The position numbers were made by a program, and so were the translations under genes. A stretch of 64,000 bases of DNA from Geosiphon pyriformis uo1 (lineage: Eukaryota > Fungi > Glomeromycota). Shown piece by piece: positions 49,363 to 62,603 of the stretch. Numbering within the stretch: position 1 is the first letter of the stretch; every line of letters starts with the position of its first letter. The stretch is from assembly GCA_016748015.1 (NCBI GenBank), contig JAAOMT010000659.1, positions 871,222 to 935,221 of the forward strand, given 5' to 3'. The notes beneath the pieces are model-generated. The model worked only from the letters and a program-made list of their open reading frames with translations. It searched no databases and was not told the DNA's origin.

Positions 49363-50470
49363 TTTAGACTTTATATTCCGGGGTTGGAATCTTTTTTTTT
49401 TTTGAAGGTGAAGTAAGCGCAAAAATCTCTTTGAATTTGTTATCAATTAAATAGGAAAGTCACACTGAAGAAACCAAGAAATAAAGAGAGGTAAAGGCTG
49501 TATATTTACTATAAGTCACAAGTAAAAGAAACTGCAAATATTATAGACTGGAGAAAAGGGTTATTATATTTTCACCATATGTACTACGCAACCCGAAGTT
49601 TCATCCTTATCTTATTAATCCTAATCCAATTCTAAAGTCTTAAAAAAAAAAAAGAAGTATGTTGGGTATAACTGATTGATATTCAATTATAAGCCAGAAG
49701 TTTGTAAATCAAGGCTTATTTCAAAGTCCAACTTAAACAGTTGTTTCAATAAGGCTAAATTATGCATGATCAACCAAACAAAATTTTAAATTAAGATAAA
49801 TGTTTATCCATTTTTATTGCCATTTTAGAACGAGATGTGAAATAATCAAAAGACCTATAATCGGGAATGTTGTTGTATAAAATTGAAAATCCCACGGAAG
49901 AAGATCTCCATCTCGGTTGATCAAGTTGGAAAAATATCTTAATCTCAAATGTTGTGTCATAGAACTAAATGTCTACTTTACATTACTACTTTTTTTCATA
50001 AAATGTTTCGGAGAACGTAAATGGTCTTGCAATTCAACGATTACCAGAAAGGTTATGATAATGGCATAAGTAGTCCCAAAAGTTACTTTTTGTACACTTG
50101 TACCACTTTAAGTGTTTTGAATTAAAAATATTGTAGCAAATCTATTTGCGAAAGGACAAAGGCCATATATATTTTTATGAATATTAAAATCTTCATTTAC
50201 ATGAAAGCTTGAAATTTGATACAAGTTTAAACAACTTTTCAATCTGCAAAGTTAATTTCAAAGTAATCTTAAAATTTTAATACTCCAATTTATAAACAAT
50301 AATTTAGAAAAACTATAATAATAAAATTTGTATAAAAAAATATTATATTAATAATAAGAATTATTATTAAAAAATTTTTTAATTAAAATTAATAAAAATA
50401 AAATATCTTATTAAATATTGAAATTAAAATAATTTATAAACATTAAAAACTCTTTCTCTCTTATATTTTT

Positions 50471-51950
50471 ATGACTACAAACAAAGCTAAAAGTAAAAAA
50501 AAAACATACTTTATTTTGGTTTTTGGTTTTTTCAATATATCTATTTTAAAAGCTTTTTTTATAATAAAAACAGCAAAACAATATTTCATTAAAGCATTTT
50601 CTTAAGTAATAAAAACATAAAACAGCTTTTAATTGTTAAAAAAACACTTTTTTTATCTTTGATTAAAAACACTTTTTTTTAAATTAATTTACCAAAGAAA
50701 GTTTTAATGTATTTATTATTATTGTAAAAAGTTTTAGAATTTTTAATTATAAATTAATAGTTAAGTTGTCATTTTTTGTTGTTTAAATAATTAGAAAAGC
50801 CAAATTAAAATAAAACATTAATTTTACTTGGTTTTTTAATGTTTTTTTTATTTAATAATATTTATATTAATTATAATATTCAGTTTTATTTGGTTATAAA
50901 CAATAATATTTTTTTTTAAACAATAATAATAACAATATATCTGTTAAAGTTAATTAAAATTAACAAATAACTATATTATTTAATATAATAAAATTTAGTA
51001 GTTTTTATTAATTAAATTATAAAAGCTTAAACTTTTTTGTTTTTCTTAAAAATATTATTAAATTTAATAATATCTGAAAAATAATTATTAATTATTAAAA
51101 TTTTTTGAATAAATAATTTTTATTTTAATATTTAACATTATTTAAAAATTTTAAATAACTTTTATTAAAATTGTATTTTAGTTTTTATATAATTTATTAA
51201 TTTAAATTAAGATTAAAACATTATTGAATTTTTTTATGTAAAATTAGTATTTTAAATATTGCTATCAAAATTAAGTTTATTAAAATTATAAAATTGCTTA
51301 TAATTTCTGTTTTTGGTTTTTTTATTGTTGTGATTTTTATATTTTTTCTTTTAAATAGCTTTTTTAATAACAGTAAAAATGTTTTTTATGTTTTTTTTGT
51401 AAAGTTTTTAATATTAAATTAAAGCTTACTAATTTTTATTGTTTATTTTAAATTTTTTAAAGTTTTTAAAATTGTTTTTGCTTGTTGGTTTTTATTAATA
51501 AAAAAAATAATTTAGAATTTTTTAATAAAAAAAAATTGCTTTTCTTTTATAATACTTTTAAAACCAAATTAATTATTTTTTTTATGTATTATTATTAAAA
51601 ATTAGAAAAGTTTTTAATAAAATTATTATTAAAATTAATACTTTGCAAAAATATTATATTTAATAAAAAAGTTTTTTTGTAACTTATTTTGTTGGTTTAA
51701 TGTTTTATAATAATTTTTAAAATTATTATTAAAATAAAAATAATATTTTGAAATTTTACTTATTTAATTTATTTAACTTATTGGTATTTTAATTTAATTA
51801 TAAAAAACTTAATATATTGGTTAAATATTTAAGTGTTTTTTTAAAAAGCAATTAATAATATTGCTAAATTAATTACCAATATATAAAAATTTTATTGGTT
51901 TAAAAAAAATTTAAAATAAATCTGGTACTGATTTTTTTTAAATTTAATTA
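50471..51950 (+). mobile_element. extremely AT-converted ORF1 relic, same family as 38700-40677; end approximate
   Basis: Starts ATGACTACAAACAAAGCTAAAAGTAAAAAA (MTTNKAKSKK), matching the minus-strand copy. Confidence 0.5.
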
Positions 51951-52521
51951 ATTAATAATGTTTTAAAATTTTAAGTTTTTTCTATAAAAATAATAAAAAA
52001 ATAACTTATTTATAATTAAAAAAAATTGTTATATTAATAAAATAAAAACACATATATTTTTTTTGTTTAATTTAAAATAATTTTAATTAATATAATAATT
52101 TATATATTGTTTATAATATAATATATATTTTAATATATAATAATTAAATTATTAAAAATAATTATAATTAAATTATATTTGTAAAAAATAAAACAATTTA
52201 TTAAGTTATAAATATTAATTAATATAAAAAATTATTATATAAACGTAAATTTAAATATAAAATATTAATTTAATTTAAAGTAACAAAAAAAACAAAAATT
52301 TTGCTTTTTAAAATTAAAATTATATAATTTTTTATAAATATAAAATTTCCATATATTTTTTTTTAGTATTAATTAACAAACAAAAACAGTAGGAAAAACT
52401 TTTTTCTCTCTTTCATCCCAAATTCCTAAAAAAAAGTCAAAAGTTTTTTACAATTCAGTATAATAAATCCAAACTCTTTATTCTTAACTATAAGGCCACT
52501 GTTGGCTATAGTATTGCTGTT

Positions 52522-54311
52522 ATGAAAAAGACTGTCAAAGCTTTTGGTCCTGTTGTTGGTCTTAAACTCATTCTTCTAAGGAAAAAAAAAAGAGGTGGTA
52601 TTTTGAAAAATGCTTCTGGTGACATTAATATTGTGTCAAAAGTTCAAGATAGTCATTTATGGGGTTCTAAGACTGGTAACACCACCGAGTCTAACAGCAT
52701 GAACATGAAGAAAAAATGTTTGGTGGAGGAAACTAGTTTTGATTATGGTGCAGATGGTACTCTTGCTGATGGTAATTTGGATCAGACACCTAAAGGCTCA
52801 TGGGTAAAAACCAAGAAGACATTGGGGAAACCATTGGGGAAAATTAATTTCTTGAGTGATAATAAGAGTGATGATATTTTGTTGGATGCTTCTCTGGCTT
52901 TGCCATCTTCTTTGAAAAACCTGGTTAATGTTTTTGTCAGAAAATTTTTTGTCTTAGATATTGATTTGAACAATGTTGCTGAAAAATCAGTACAGGAAAA
53001 GCTTGGGGTGGTTAGAAAGTTATTTTCAAAAATCAATGGTTTTGGGGGGGTCTTTACCCCCTCAAAATTTGCTGGAATCATTAGAGCAACATTTACATCT
53101 GAATCAAGTTTAATAAAAGCCACTAATATGACTACAAATATGAAAATTCTGGTAACACACCAATCTTAAAAGATCACTTAGGCATTCAGATTGGGCAGTA
53201 GTACTTAAGAAAATCCCAATTGGAACATTAGCTGAGACTGTGTGCACTGTGCTGTCTGATTTTGAGTTGATTAAGTTAATCAAAATACAATTGATAGGGC
53301 TGTGGCAAAAAGCTGTGGTTGAATTTAAACAGATTGATCATGCTGATTTGGTTGCAGCAAAATGGTCTATCTTGATTGGAAAAGATGCAGTATGTGTTAC
53401 AAGAGCTAATATGGACAAAAAATCATGAGATGTAAGAAATGTTCACAGAGCTCTTTTGTACACTCTGCTTATAGAGACTAATGCACATAATATTTGGAAC
53501 TACATTACTTCAGTGGGTGATAAAACTTGTGTTATCAACTATCATTAAGTTTTTTATGCCCAGACCAACTATTTGCTTTGACTCTGCTGATTTTTTGGAT
53601 GCTGTCATGGGAACCACGTCTGTTTTAAGAGGAGCCAATCTGCATTGGTCTTGTTTTGTTTTGGTTAGATGTGCTGGGTGTAGGAAATTGGGTCATACTT
53701 CCTTGGCTTGTTTTGCTGATGAGAAAAAGAGTGTCTCTTCTGGTACTTGGTCATGAAAAACTCTCTCGAGTTTTGATAAAAGCAGGCTAGCTGCCATTTA
53801 CGCCAAACATTTGGCTCCAGTTGCTTATCTGGTTTCTTTTGGTAGTGCTTCTTGGACACAAATTGCTAATGGAACCTCTTTTTTTTCTCTTCCTGTACAG
53901 AGTGTGTTGTTGAATTCTGGCTCCTCTTTGGAGATGAAGCCTACTCTGCTGGTGTTTTTGGATTTGAATAATAGGTTTGCCACTCTTGAGCACAGTCTCG
54001 CCAGCCTCACAGAGCATGTTGATAAGCTGGCTATAAAGTTGGATATGCCTGGGCCAATAGTTTTCTAGCTTAGCCCTAGATGTCAGCCATTGGTAACCCC
54101 TTCATCACAGAATCAAGGGACAGATATAGTGATAAATGAGGGTTCAAGTATGGCCACTAGTGATAAGACTGTTGCAGGTGCAGTGGTTTTTGATCCCTCG
54201 GTTATCTCAAAAATGGAGGAAACATTGAGGAATCTTTTAGTTATGGTTATGAACCTATCAGCTAAAATAGACAATGCTAATTCTGTTCCTGTCTTTCGTT
54301 CTTCTCAATAA
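52522..54311 (+). pseudogene. LINE ORF1 (nucleic-acid-binding, knuckle CAGCRKLGHTSLAC), frameshifted
   Basis: Fragments 52522-53169, 53240-53428, 53481-53756, 53811-54068 and 54090-54311 are collinear with copy 1 ORF1. Confidence 0.88.
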
Positions 54312-57300
54312 GTGGTATAATTTGGAAAGTTGCCACTTGCAATGTTAGAAAGATAAACAATTCTGCAAAACAAGACAATATTATTTGTTGGCACAAGGAC
54401 ATGGACAATTGTATTTTTATTTTTACAAAATTAAAGCTTAAAGAAAAAGTTTGCTCTTGGATAACCAACAAATTTGATGGTGTTTAGATATTTACTTCTG
54501 GTTTGAATTCTGGTTATTTGGGTGTTAGTGTTGTGATTGTTATGAATTTTTCTTTAGCAAAACATGTGTATAGAGTCTCTGAAGTGCCTGGTTGGCTTCT
54601 ATCCATCAAATTACTTTTCAAGAATAAGCTCTCTGTGTTAATTTGGGGCTCTATGCTGGTGTTTTTTTGACAGTCTGGTTTTTTCAAGCTGGTAAAATCA
54701 ACTCTTTCATTGCAAAGACTGTTAATAAGTCTTCTTTTGTTATTCTCAGTGGTGACTTTAATGAAAATAGGTTTTATAAGTGTGCTAGTTTTAAAAAATG
54801 CTTTGATCTGGAACTGGTTAATTCTTTGGTTGGAAGCTCAGCTGCTAAGATGCCCACTTGAGTAAATTCTAAGGGTGTTGTGAAAACCATTAACTACATG
54901 TTTGTTTCTTCAAATTTGGTTAGTGCAATAGTTTATCATGGCATTTTTAATGTTAATAAACATTTTGACATAGATCACCAGACTGTTTCTGTGTTGTTGA
55001 ATTTTGGTGGACTTTTGGATATGCATTTGAATTCTCTTTGCAGACAAACAAATAGAGATTGTTGGAAGTTTAACTTCAAAAATGTCAATAAAACAAATTG
55101 GTTTGAATTTAGAGATAATATGGCTGCTAATGCTTCTATGTTCTTGGATGTATTTAATTTTGCTGTGAGGTTTTTGGATCTGGATACTATGTGAGACATT
55201 ATTTGCAAGATCATGGTTTTCTCAGCTAATGGTATATTTAAGAAGAAATGGTTCAAGAGTTTTGATAGTGTTTTTATCAAGGAGTCTTTTAGATTTCATA
55301 AGCTGGAGTTGCTGGTTTCCAAGTTGGTCAGAACTTTGCATTTGATTTTTAGTGATGATTTTGTCTTATTGTTGGATGTATAAGACAAGCTTGATTCCAC
55401 TAGTGTATCAATGGTGAAATCTCTTTTTCTTTTAGGTTTTAATTTTGATATTATTTGTTCTGTACTTATCAAGGTGAGAAAATTATACTGTTCTTCCAAA
55501 TTGTTGGAATCTAAGTATACTGAAAAGTCTCATATCAAGCAGGCTATTAGTAAGAAAATGGAGAGTTTTGAATTAGACAAAGGTCATACCATTTGGAGTG
55601 TATTGGAGTATTTTTTTCATAAAGTGGTTTGGATCATCTGGTTGTGAGAGATGAGTTGATTTTGGAGTCTAATCTGGTCAAATCTAAAGTGGATAAGATT
55701 ATGAAGAGATGGACCAGAAAATGTAGGATGGTGTCTAATTTCTCTGATAATTGGGTTTGCCAATATTAGTCTCTGAACTACATATTTGATGATGTTTTTT
55801 TTGGTGTTATGTGTTTAATTAGTTTTGATGAAATGTCTGCCATTGTCAAGGATCTTTCTAATGAAAAGATGGCTGGTCTTTCTGACATCTCTAATGAATT
55901 GTGGAAACATTGTGACAAGTCAGTTTTAGATATGCTTCTGGTGCTTTTGAACTTTTGCTTAGTTGGTAAATCAGTTCTTGAATCTTGAAGGGAAGCTTGG
56001 GTTTTGATAATTTCTAAACCATATGAATAGAAGAGTGTTCTCACAAATACCTGTCCTATTGCTCTGATTGAAACGGCTCACAAGATTCTCTTCAAGGTTT
56101 TTTCTGATAGGATTTTTTCTGCTTGTAGTGCTTTCAATGTTTTTTGTGGGGATAACTTCTCTGTTTTGAAAGGTACAATAACACAGTCTTCTATTTTTGC
56201 CATTGGTTTTGTTGTTGAGGATGTTTTGAAAAAGGACAGAGAACTTTGGTTGGCTTTACAAGACATGCATAAAGCTTATGACTCAGTTGGTTAAGAACAT
56301 TTTAGAAGAAGTCTGGTCAGAATTAAGATGTATGGCAGATTTATAAAATTTTTTGGCAGCATTCACAATGGTTGCATTAACAGGGTGATGACAGACTTTG
56401 GTCTGACTGATGGATATTGTGTTTATGATGGGTTGGACCAAGGGGAAGTTTTTTCACCTCTTCTTTGGTGCATATTCTATGATTCACTTTTGTATAAGGT
56501 CAAAAGACAAGAGAGTGTGTATGGTTACAGGTTGAATTCTTATTTTATTTCCAAAACTGGCCAAACAGATTTTCAGGCTGGTTTGACTTTTTTTTTTGCT
56601 GCTGGTGCTTTTGTTGATGATACAATTTGGGTTGGTAGTAGTCAGGCTGCTATACAACACATTTTTGATGTTGCTAGTAAATTTTTCAGGTTTAATGACA
56701 TTTTCATAAATAATGACAAAATGGTGGTCATTCCTATCAACTGTTAGGTAACAGACCCTTATCTAATTATCAGTGGCTCTTCTATTTCTATTGTTAAGAG
56801 AGATGAATCTTATTGTTATCTAGGTATTTTTTTGTCGACTGAGAGTTTATCAAGGCCAAGCTTGGCTAAGGCTCATTTGGATGTATGGTTTTTTGCTAAT
56901 CTTGTTTTGAAGAAGGCAGTCTCAAATAAGCAGTTTGCATATTTGGTATCTGCTGTCCTTTTTTCAATTCTCTGTTATAGAATGCAGTTCAGTTATGTTC
57001 CTCTTAATGTATGCAATAAGTGGGATGTCCTAATTCTCAAGGGCTTAAAGTCTAAATCTGGTCTTCTGCTCAATTTTCCCAGTAATGCACTTTATTATCC
57101 TTCTTTGTATGGTTTAAAACTTTTAAGCAAATTCAGGCTAAAAGCAAGTCAGCTTCTGTTGTTTTCTTTGCAAATCCTGTTGGAATTTTGAATTGGTTGT
57201 TCTCTCATAGGTCTTATGATTTCCAGGTTTTCAGTTGGCAGCCTTACCATCTTTTGCAGTTTCCAGTTCATGTCAGGGTCTGTCCTTCAGATAATTTCTT

Positions 57301-58993
57301 GACAGAAATGGTCTGTATTTTTTCTGGATGTGATTTGTCTCTGGATGATTCTCTGGCTGGTGCTTTTTGTTTTTGTGGTGGTACTCCTATGTCTCTTGTT
57401 CTGGGTGAGCATTGTTTTTTCAAGTGTGTCTCTTCACTCCATTGCTATGGTATTGCTTTTGTGGAGCAACTGTGTAACCAGAATGGAGATGTCTTTAGTT
57501 GAAAGATCTTTAAAAAGTAGAAGCAGTTGGATCCATGCAGCCCAGTTTCTGTCTGGTTTGAGTTTTCTGTTTGTTTTCTTGATGGTGTGGTGTCTCCTCT
57601 TGTTAGCCCATCACTTATGGACATTTGTGCTTCTTTTGATATTCTTTAGTCTCATAAGTTTGAGGTCATTGGTGATAATTTGTTGCGTGTTAACACTGCT
57701 CATCTTTCTGTATTTATGGATAAGTCTCTGAGTGGCTTGGGAACTCTTAGTATGAAAGCTGGTGCTGCTGCTTATTTTGAGGATGTAGATTTGGGTTTGG
57801 GGGTGAGAGTGTCTGGCTTGATTTTTTCTATAATGGCGGAGTTGCAGGCAATTGCTTTGGCTCTTAAATGTATTCCTCTCTTTTGTTTAGTCAATCTGTT
57901 CTCAGACAGCCAGGCAGCCTTGGATGCATACAAATCTGAGTTTTCTTTGTTTAGACTGGATTTTAGGAATCAATGTTAGATAGAGCACTGCTACATAGTG
58001 AATGTTATTCATCATAAGAATTTGAATGTCAATTGGGTTAAGGTTAAAGATCACTTGGGTGTATCAGACAATGAGCATGCTGATGCATTTGCTAAGTCTG
58101 CAACATCATCTGGTTGGTACTTGCCTCATATGGTTAGTAAACAATTTTTGAGGGCCAATGGTACTGTAGTTTCTGGCAATTCTAAGCATTTTGTTTGTAA
58201 TGTTTTCCAGTTTGTTCATCAAGCACATTGGGAGATTGATTTTAGTTCTTGGGTTGTAACAAGTACTCTCCATGCTGATATTGATTGGTTCAGATTGTTG
58301 TTGATTTGACATCCAGATTTCCACCTGGCTGCTGGTTTTACTAGTGTGTTGACTGCTGGTCTCTGATCTTATTTCATGAAAGCTTTGTATTGTCAGCTTC
58401 TGGTTGCTGTATAGAAGCATCTTTATAATAAGCATTATCCCAGTGTATTGTGTTTGTTCTGTGAAAATGTTAAGGTCTCAGATCATGTTTTTTCTTGTCT
58501 ATTTAATGCTGCTGATCATGCTCATTTGATGGATGCTCATGTTTTTGCTTGGGTGGTGAGTTCTGGGTTGTTTTGTTCTTTCTTGTGTGTTTCTCAATTA
58601 CTGTCTACCTGTGCTTCTGATGTGGCTGTTGGTGTGGCCCTGTATAAAGACTTTGTTTTCAATAATTGGTTTAATGAGTCTGTTTTTACTTTTAAGGATT
58701 CCAAAATAGTGAGTTTAAATATAATGAATTTTGTTCGCGGATTGTGTGTGATATTCCAGGAGGATATTTGGCTGGTTTATGCCAAACACTGGGCTTTTAT
58801 GAAAAAAAATGGGCTGATCCCATGTGATGACTCTATCTGTGCCTCTGTTTCTGGTCTTCTTTCAGTTCTATTAGCTGGCATTATTAAATTGTTGGGTGTT
58901 GCCAATGCACATGATGTTGGTTTTAGGTTTCATAAGTCTTGTCGGTTTTTCTCAGGGATTGGTGACATAGTCTCTGTTTATATAGGTGTCTAG
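54310..58993 (+). pseudogene. LINE ORF2 (APE-RT-RNase H), disrupted
   Basis: ATCNVR, SGDFN, TINYMF, DIDH (endonuclease); QDMHKAYDSV, DQGEVFSPLLW, AFVDD (RT); ELQAIALAL, FSDSQAAL, VKDHLGVSDNEHAD (RNase H); CLFC...SDHVFSC. Confidence 0.92.
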
Positions 58994-59399
58994 TGTTGTT
59001 CTGATTGGCCTGAATGGCTGGTCATGTGTGGAAAATGCATGATTCACACTTAGTTTAGATTATTTGTATGATGTATAATACTAGGCAGTATTTGGATTTC
59101 ACTTAATAAACGTAAAAAAAACAAAAAAAAAACAGTATAAACTAGCAGACTTTAACTTAATATTATTATAAATAAGTATATTATATTATGTTTTATAATT
59201 TAATACTTATAATATTATTATATTATTTAAAAAATTTGATAAATTTAAAAGTTTTTATGATTAAGTTTTTTGTATAAAAAACAGAAATTCAAATATTAAT
59301 AACTTTTAATACTTATAATCTTACTTTTTTAATATAATAACTAATTTATTCAAATGTTTTTTATTTTTTTTAATAAATATTTAATTATTAATAAATTAA

Positions 59400-60023
59400 A
59401 TTTATATTATCTTTGTATTTTTTATTAGACAATATTTGATGTTGTAATTTTATTATTTATTTATTTTAATTAATTAGTTTAAAATAATAATAAAATAAAA
59501 GCAAAAAAAATAAAAATAAAAATAAATTTTTTATTAATAATTATAATTAAAAACTATTGATTTAATATATTAAAATTTTTAAATATTTGTTAACAATATT
59601 TATTGTTTTTAAAAAATAATAAAAATAGAATAAGTATTTTTATTATTTATAATTACAAATTATAAATTTTTTTGGTTTTAAATAATAATTTTATTTATTT
59701 ATAGATTGAATTAAAAATAATTAAATAAGTTAAATTAATTGCTTTTTTTTGTTAAATTGTAAAATTGTTAAATATTAAATATATTTATTATTATTATTAT
59801 TATATATATATAACTTTTATAATATAAGATATTTCGATATTTTTAATTATTTTTATACTTTTTTTGATTTATTATTGACATTTTTGAAATTTTTAATACT
59901 TTTAATATTTTTGAAATTCTTATAAATATTTTAAAAATTTTAGCATTATATTATTTTATTAAATTTTTTATATAATTAACTAATATATATTAATTATTAA
60001 TTCTTTTTTTCTTATAAATAACA
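59400..60023 (-). repeat. very decayed A-like LTR (approximate)
   Basis: A-rich block, ATAATTAAAAACTATTG block, TATATATATA box and terminal ...ATAACA occur in the same order as in LTR A. Confidence 0.5.
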
Positions 60024-60344
60024 ATACTAATAACTTTATTAAAAATACCAAAAGATTTTTTAATATTATTTAAAAAAATCTTTAAAAACATTATAAAAAA
60101 TTATAATAACAAAAACAAAATTATCAAAAATTTTATAATTTTAAAAATAACCAAAAAAAATTCACAAGTTTAATTTTAACAACAATATATAATAATATTT
60201 TAAATAAAAATTTTATATAAAAAAATATAATATTGTTTTTAAAATTTATTTTAAAATAATAAAACTAAAAATATTTTTTAAAAACAAAAAAAGTAATTAA
60301 TTTTTATTTATTAATCTAATTGCTATAATTAAATAATTTAATAA

Positions 60345-60406
60345 TATGAAGCACCAAGTTACAGATTTGTTATTTGTTTTAACACCTCAAATAATTATTT
60401 GTAACA
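60345..60406 (+). repeat. 3' end fragment of an A-type LTR
   Basis: GCACCAAGTTACAGATTTGTTATTT...GTAACA is the reverse complement of 7562-7620. Confidence 0.7.
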
Positions 60407-60749
60407 GTATTAATAATAATATATTTTTCAGTTTAATATCTCTTTAAATATATAAGTCTAATAGTATTAAAACTGATCCCTTAAAAACAGCTAAATAACT
60501 GATTAGATTGGTTTTTTATAATATATAATTATTTAATATAGTTCAAAAAATATTAACTGGATAAGTTTACTTTTATTATAGCAATATAACATAGCTTAAA
60601 CTGGTTTAAGTAGCTGGTTATATGTAAAAAGCATGTAAATTATACTTAATTTAGAATACTTAGTTTGTTTCATAGTCTTAGGTAATAATTGAACCATACT
60701 CATTAAATTTAATAAAAAAATTTTTAATTAATTATAAAAATAAAATTAA

Positions 60750-60940
60750 TAATTGTTAATAATAGTAGTTTCTAAAGGTTTTGAAGTCTGAAAGTTTTGG
60801 TTAAGTCTTTTGTATAATGAACAGAGGTTCAATTAATAGTTTTCTTTTATAAATTTTTTTTTTTAGCATGATAACCAGTTTATTCTAACAGTTATGTTTT
60901 TCTGATAAGCTATTCTTAAGTTTTCTACTCTTGTTTTCAG
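60750..60940 (-). repeat. A-related LTR fragment abutting a B LTR
   Basis: TCTGAAAGTTTTGG...TTTGTATAATGAACAGAG matches LTR A. 60838-60940 is an inverted copy of 62503-62603. Confidence 0.65.
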
Positions 60941-61920
60941 TGTTACTAATGGAATTCTAGTCATTAATTAACATAAAATTACCCTTATAATTTCTATTAT
61001 TAGTTAGCATATATTAATATTATTTTAATTATTACTTATTATTTAATTAAATTATCAAACATTATTATTTAATTAATAACCTAATTTGTACAATAAAAAT
61101 TAAGAAAATCAAATTACACAATATTTCGAACTATTTAATATTCAAAAATTTGTAAAAATTTGTAAAAAATTCGCCAAAATAATAAATAGTTTACCAAAAT
61201 AATTAATAGTTTGTAGAAATAACTTGTAGTTTGTTAAAATGTACTTTTAGTTTGTCAAAATTATAGCAAAAAAATAGTTCAAATTTATAGACTAGTACTA
61301 TAATAAGTTGTATAAAAGAAGAGTTTTTCTCTTTAAGAAAATATATCTTATATAATTTCAGAATTATCTTAATTTAAATTAATTAGCTTTACAAAAAGTA
61401 ATAAAAAAAAAACATTGAATACTTGAAAACTAAATTCCTTAATTTTTTGCACTTGAAATTTTCCAAAAACCCAACTAACATTTTAAAATTAATTAATTAC
61501 CAATTTTAGTAATCTGTTAATGACTTTAGGTTTGAACCAAAAAACAATTCTTTTAATAAAATTCTATTTTTTTTACATTTCTCTTATTTTTTTTTATTTT
61601 TTTATTATAATCATTAGGGTAGTTTACAGACAGAATTTTTGTATAGGAGTTAACTTTCATAGCAAAGTAACTATACATTTTTAATAAGCTTTTAGATAAG
61701 CAATTTTTAAGAAAGAGTTAATATTTACTACAATATAACTACATAAAATAACTGGCACAGAATTAGTTATTCTACTTATAAGTTCAGTAGTTCAAATTAT
61801 AGGAGATAATTTGAAGATAAATTCAATTATCAGAGATTTAACTACTTCCTAAAAACGTGAATTCATACCAAACAGATGTTAAAAATATTTAAAAAAAGAG
61901 ACCAAAAATCTCTGATAATA
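60941..61920 (+). repeat. family B LTR without internal sequence (moderately decayed)
   Basis: TGTTACTAATGGAATT...AGAGACCAAAAATCTCTGATAATA, collinear with 62604-63574. Confidence 0.88.
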
Positions 61921-61954
61921 TTGGTATAAATGGTAGTCCAATTATACATATAGA

Positions 61955-62603
61955 TATTATTACTTATAAAAATTAAAAATTATAATAATAAATAAAATAA
62001 CCAATCAAAAATAAGCATAGTAAAAAGAGGAATTGCAAGATTTCAAAATTACAAAATTGCAGAATTTTTTTCAAAAAATTTTGTATAACATAAATTATGT
62101 ATATATAGTAAAAGTATTAAAAGCAAAAAAAGTAATTTCAAAAGAATTCAATAAAATAGATAAAATTTCATTCAGTTTAGAACAACAATATCTTTTCTTT
62201 CAAAAAATAATTTTCTATAACTTGAAATGGAATCATTTCCATATTAATAAAATTATCTATTATCATCTAATCTATATTATAATTACTTGATTAAAAAAAT
62301 ATTAAATTATTTTACACTATTAACACTCCATGTTAATAAAATTTAATACTTTACTATACTGAATCAATAGCTCTTAATTATGGCTATTGATGAAATACTA
62401 ATTTTTTATTTTTTTTTCTTATTTTTTTTTGTTTCATTTACTAATTGATTAAAAAAATTAAACACTAAATATTTGATGTCAAAAATAGCCTGGTAAAAAA
62501 CCTAGAAACAAGAGTAGAAATTTAAAGATAGCTTACCAGAAAGACATGACTGCCAAAATAAACTGGCCACTATACTGAAAAAAAAATTCACAGAAGAAAC
62601 CAT
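61955..62603 (+). repeat. A-related LTR (5' part) interrupted by gypsy B2
   Basis: CCAATCAAAAATA, AATTATGTATATATAGTA, CACTATTAACACTCCATGTT and CAATAGCTCTTAATTATGGCTATTGA blocks match LTR A in plus orientation. Confidence 0.7.

Larger units (their letters stand above)
52392..59132 (+). mobile_element. full-length LINE copy 2 (ORF1; ORF2 with APE endonuclease, RT, RNase H, Cys-rich end) with poly(A) and TSD
   Basis: 5' end shared with 19666. AATAAA plus an A-tail at ~59105-59132. AAAAACAGTA at 52382-52391 and 59128-59137. Confidence 0.93.
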
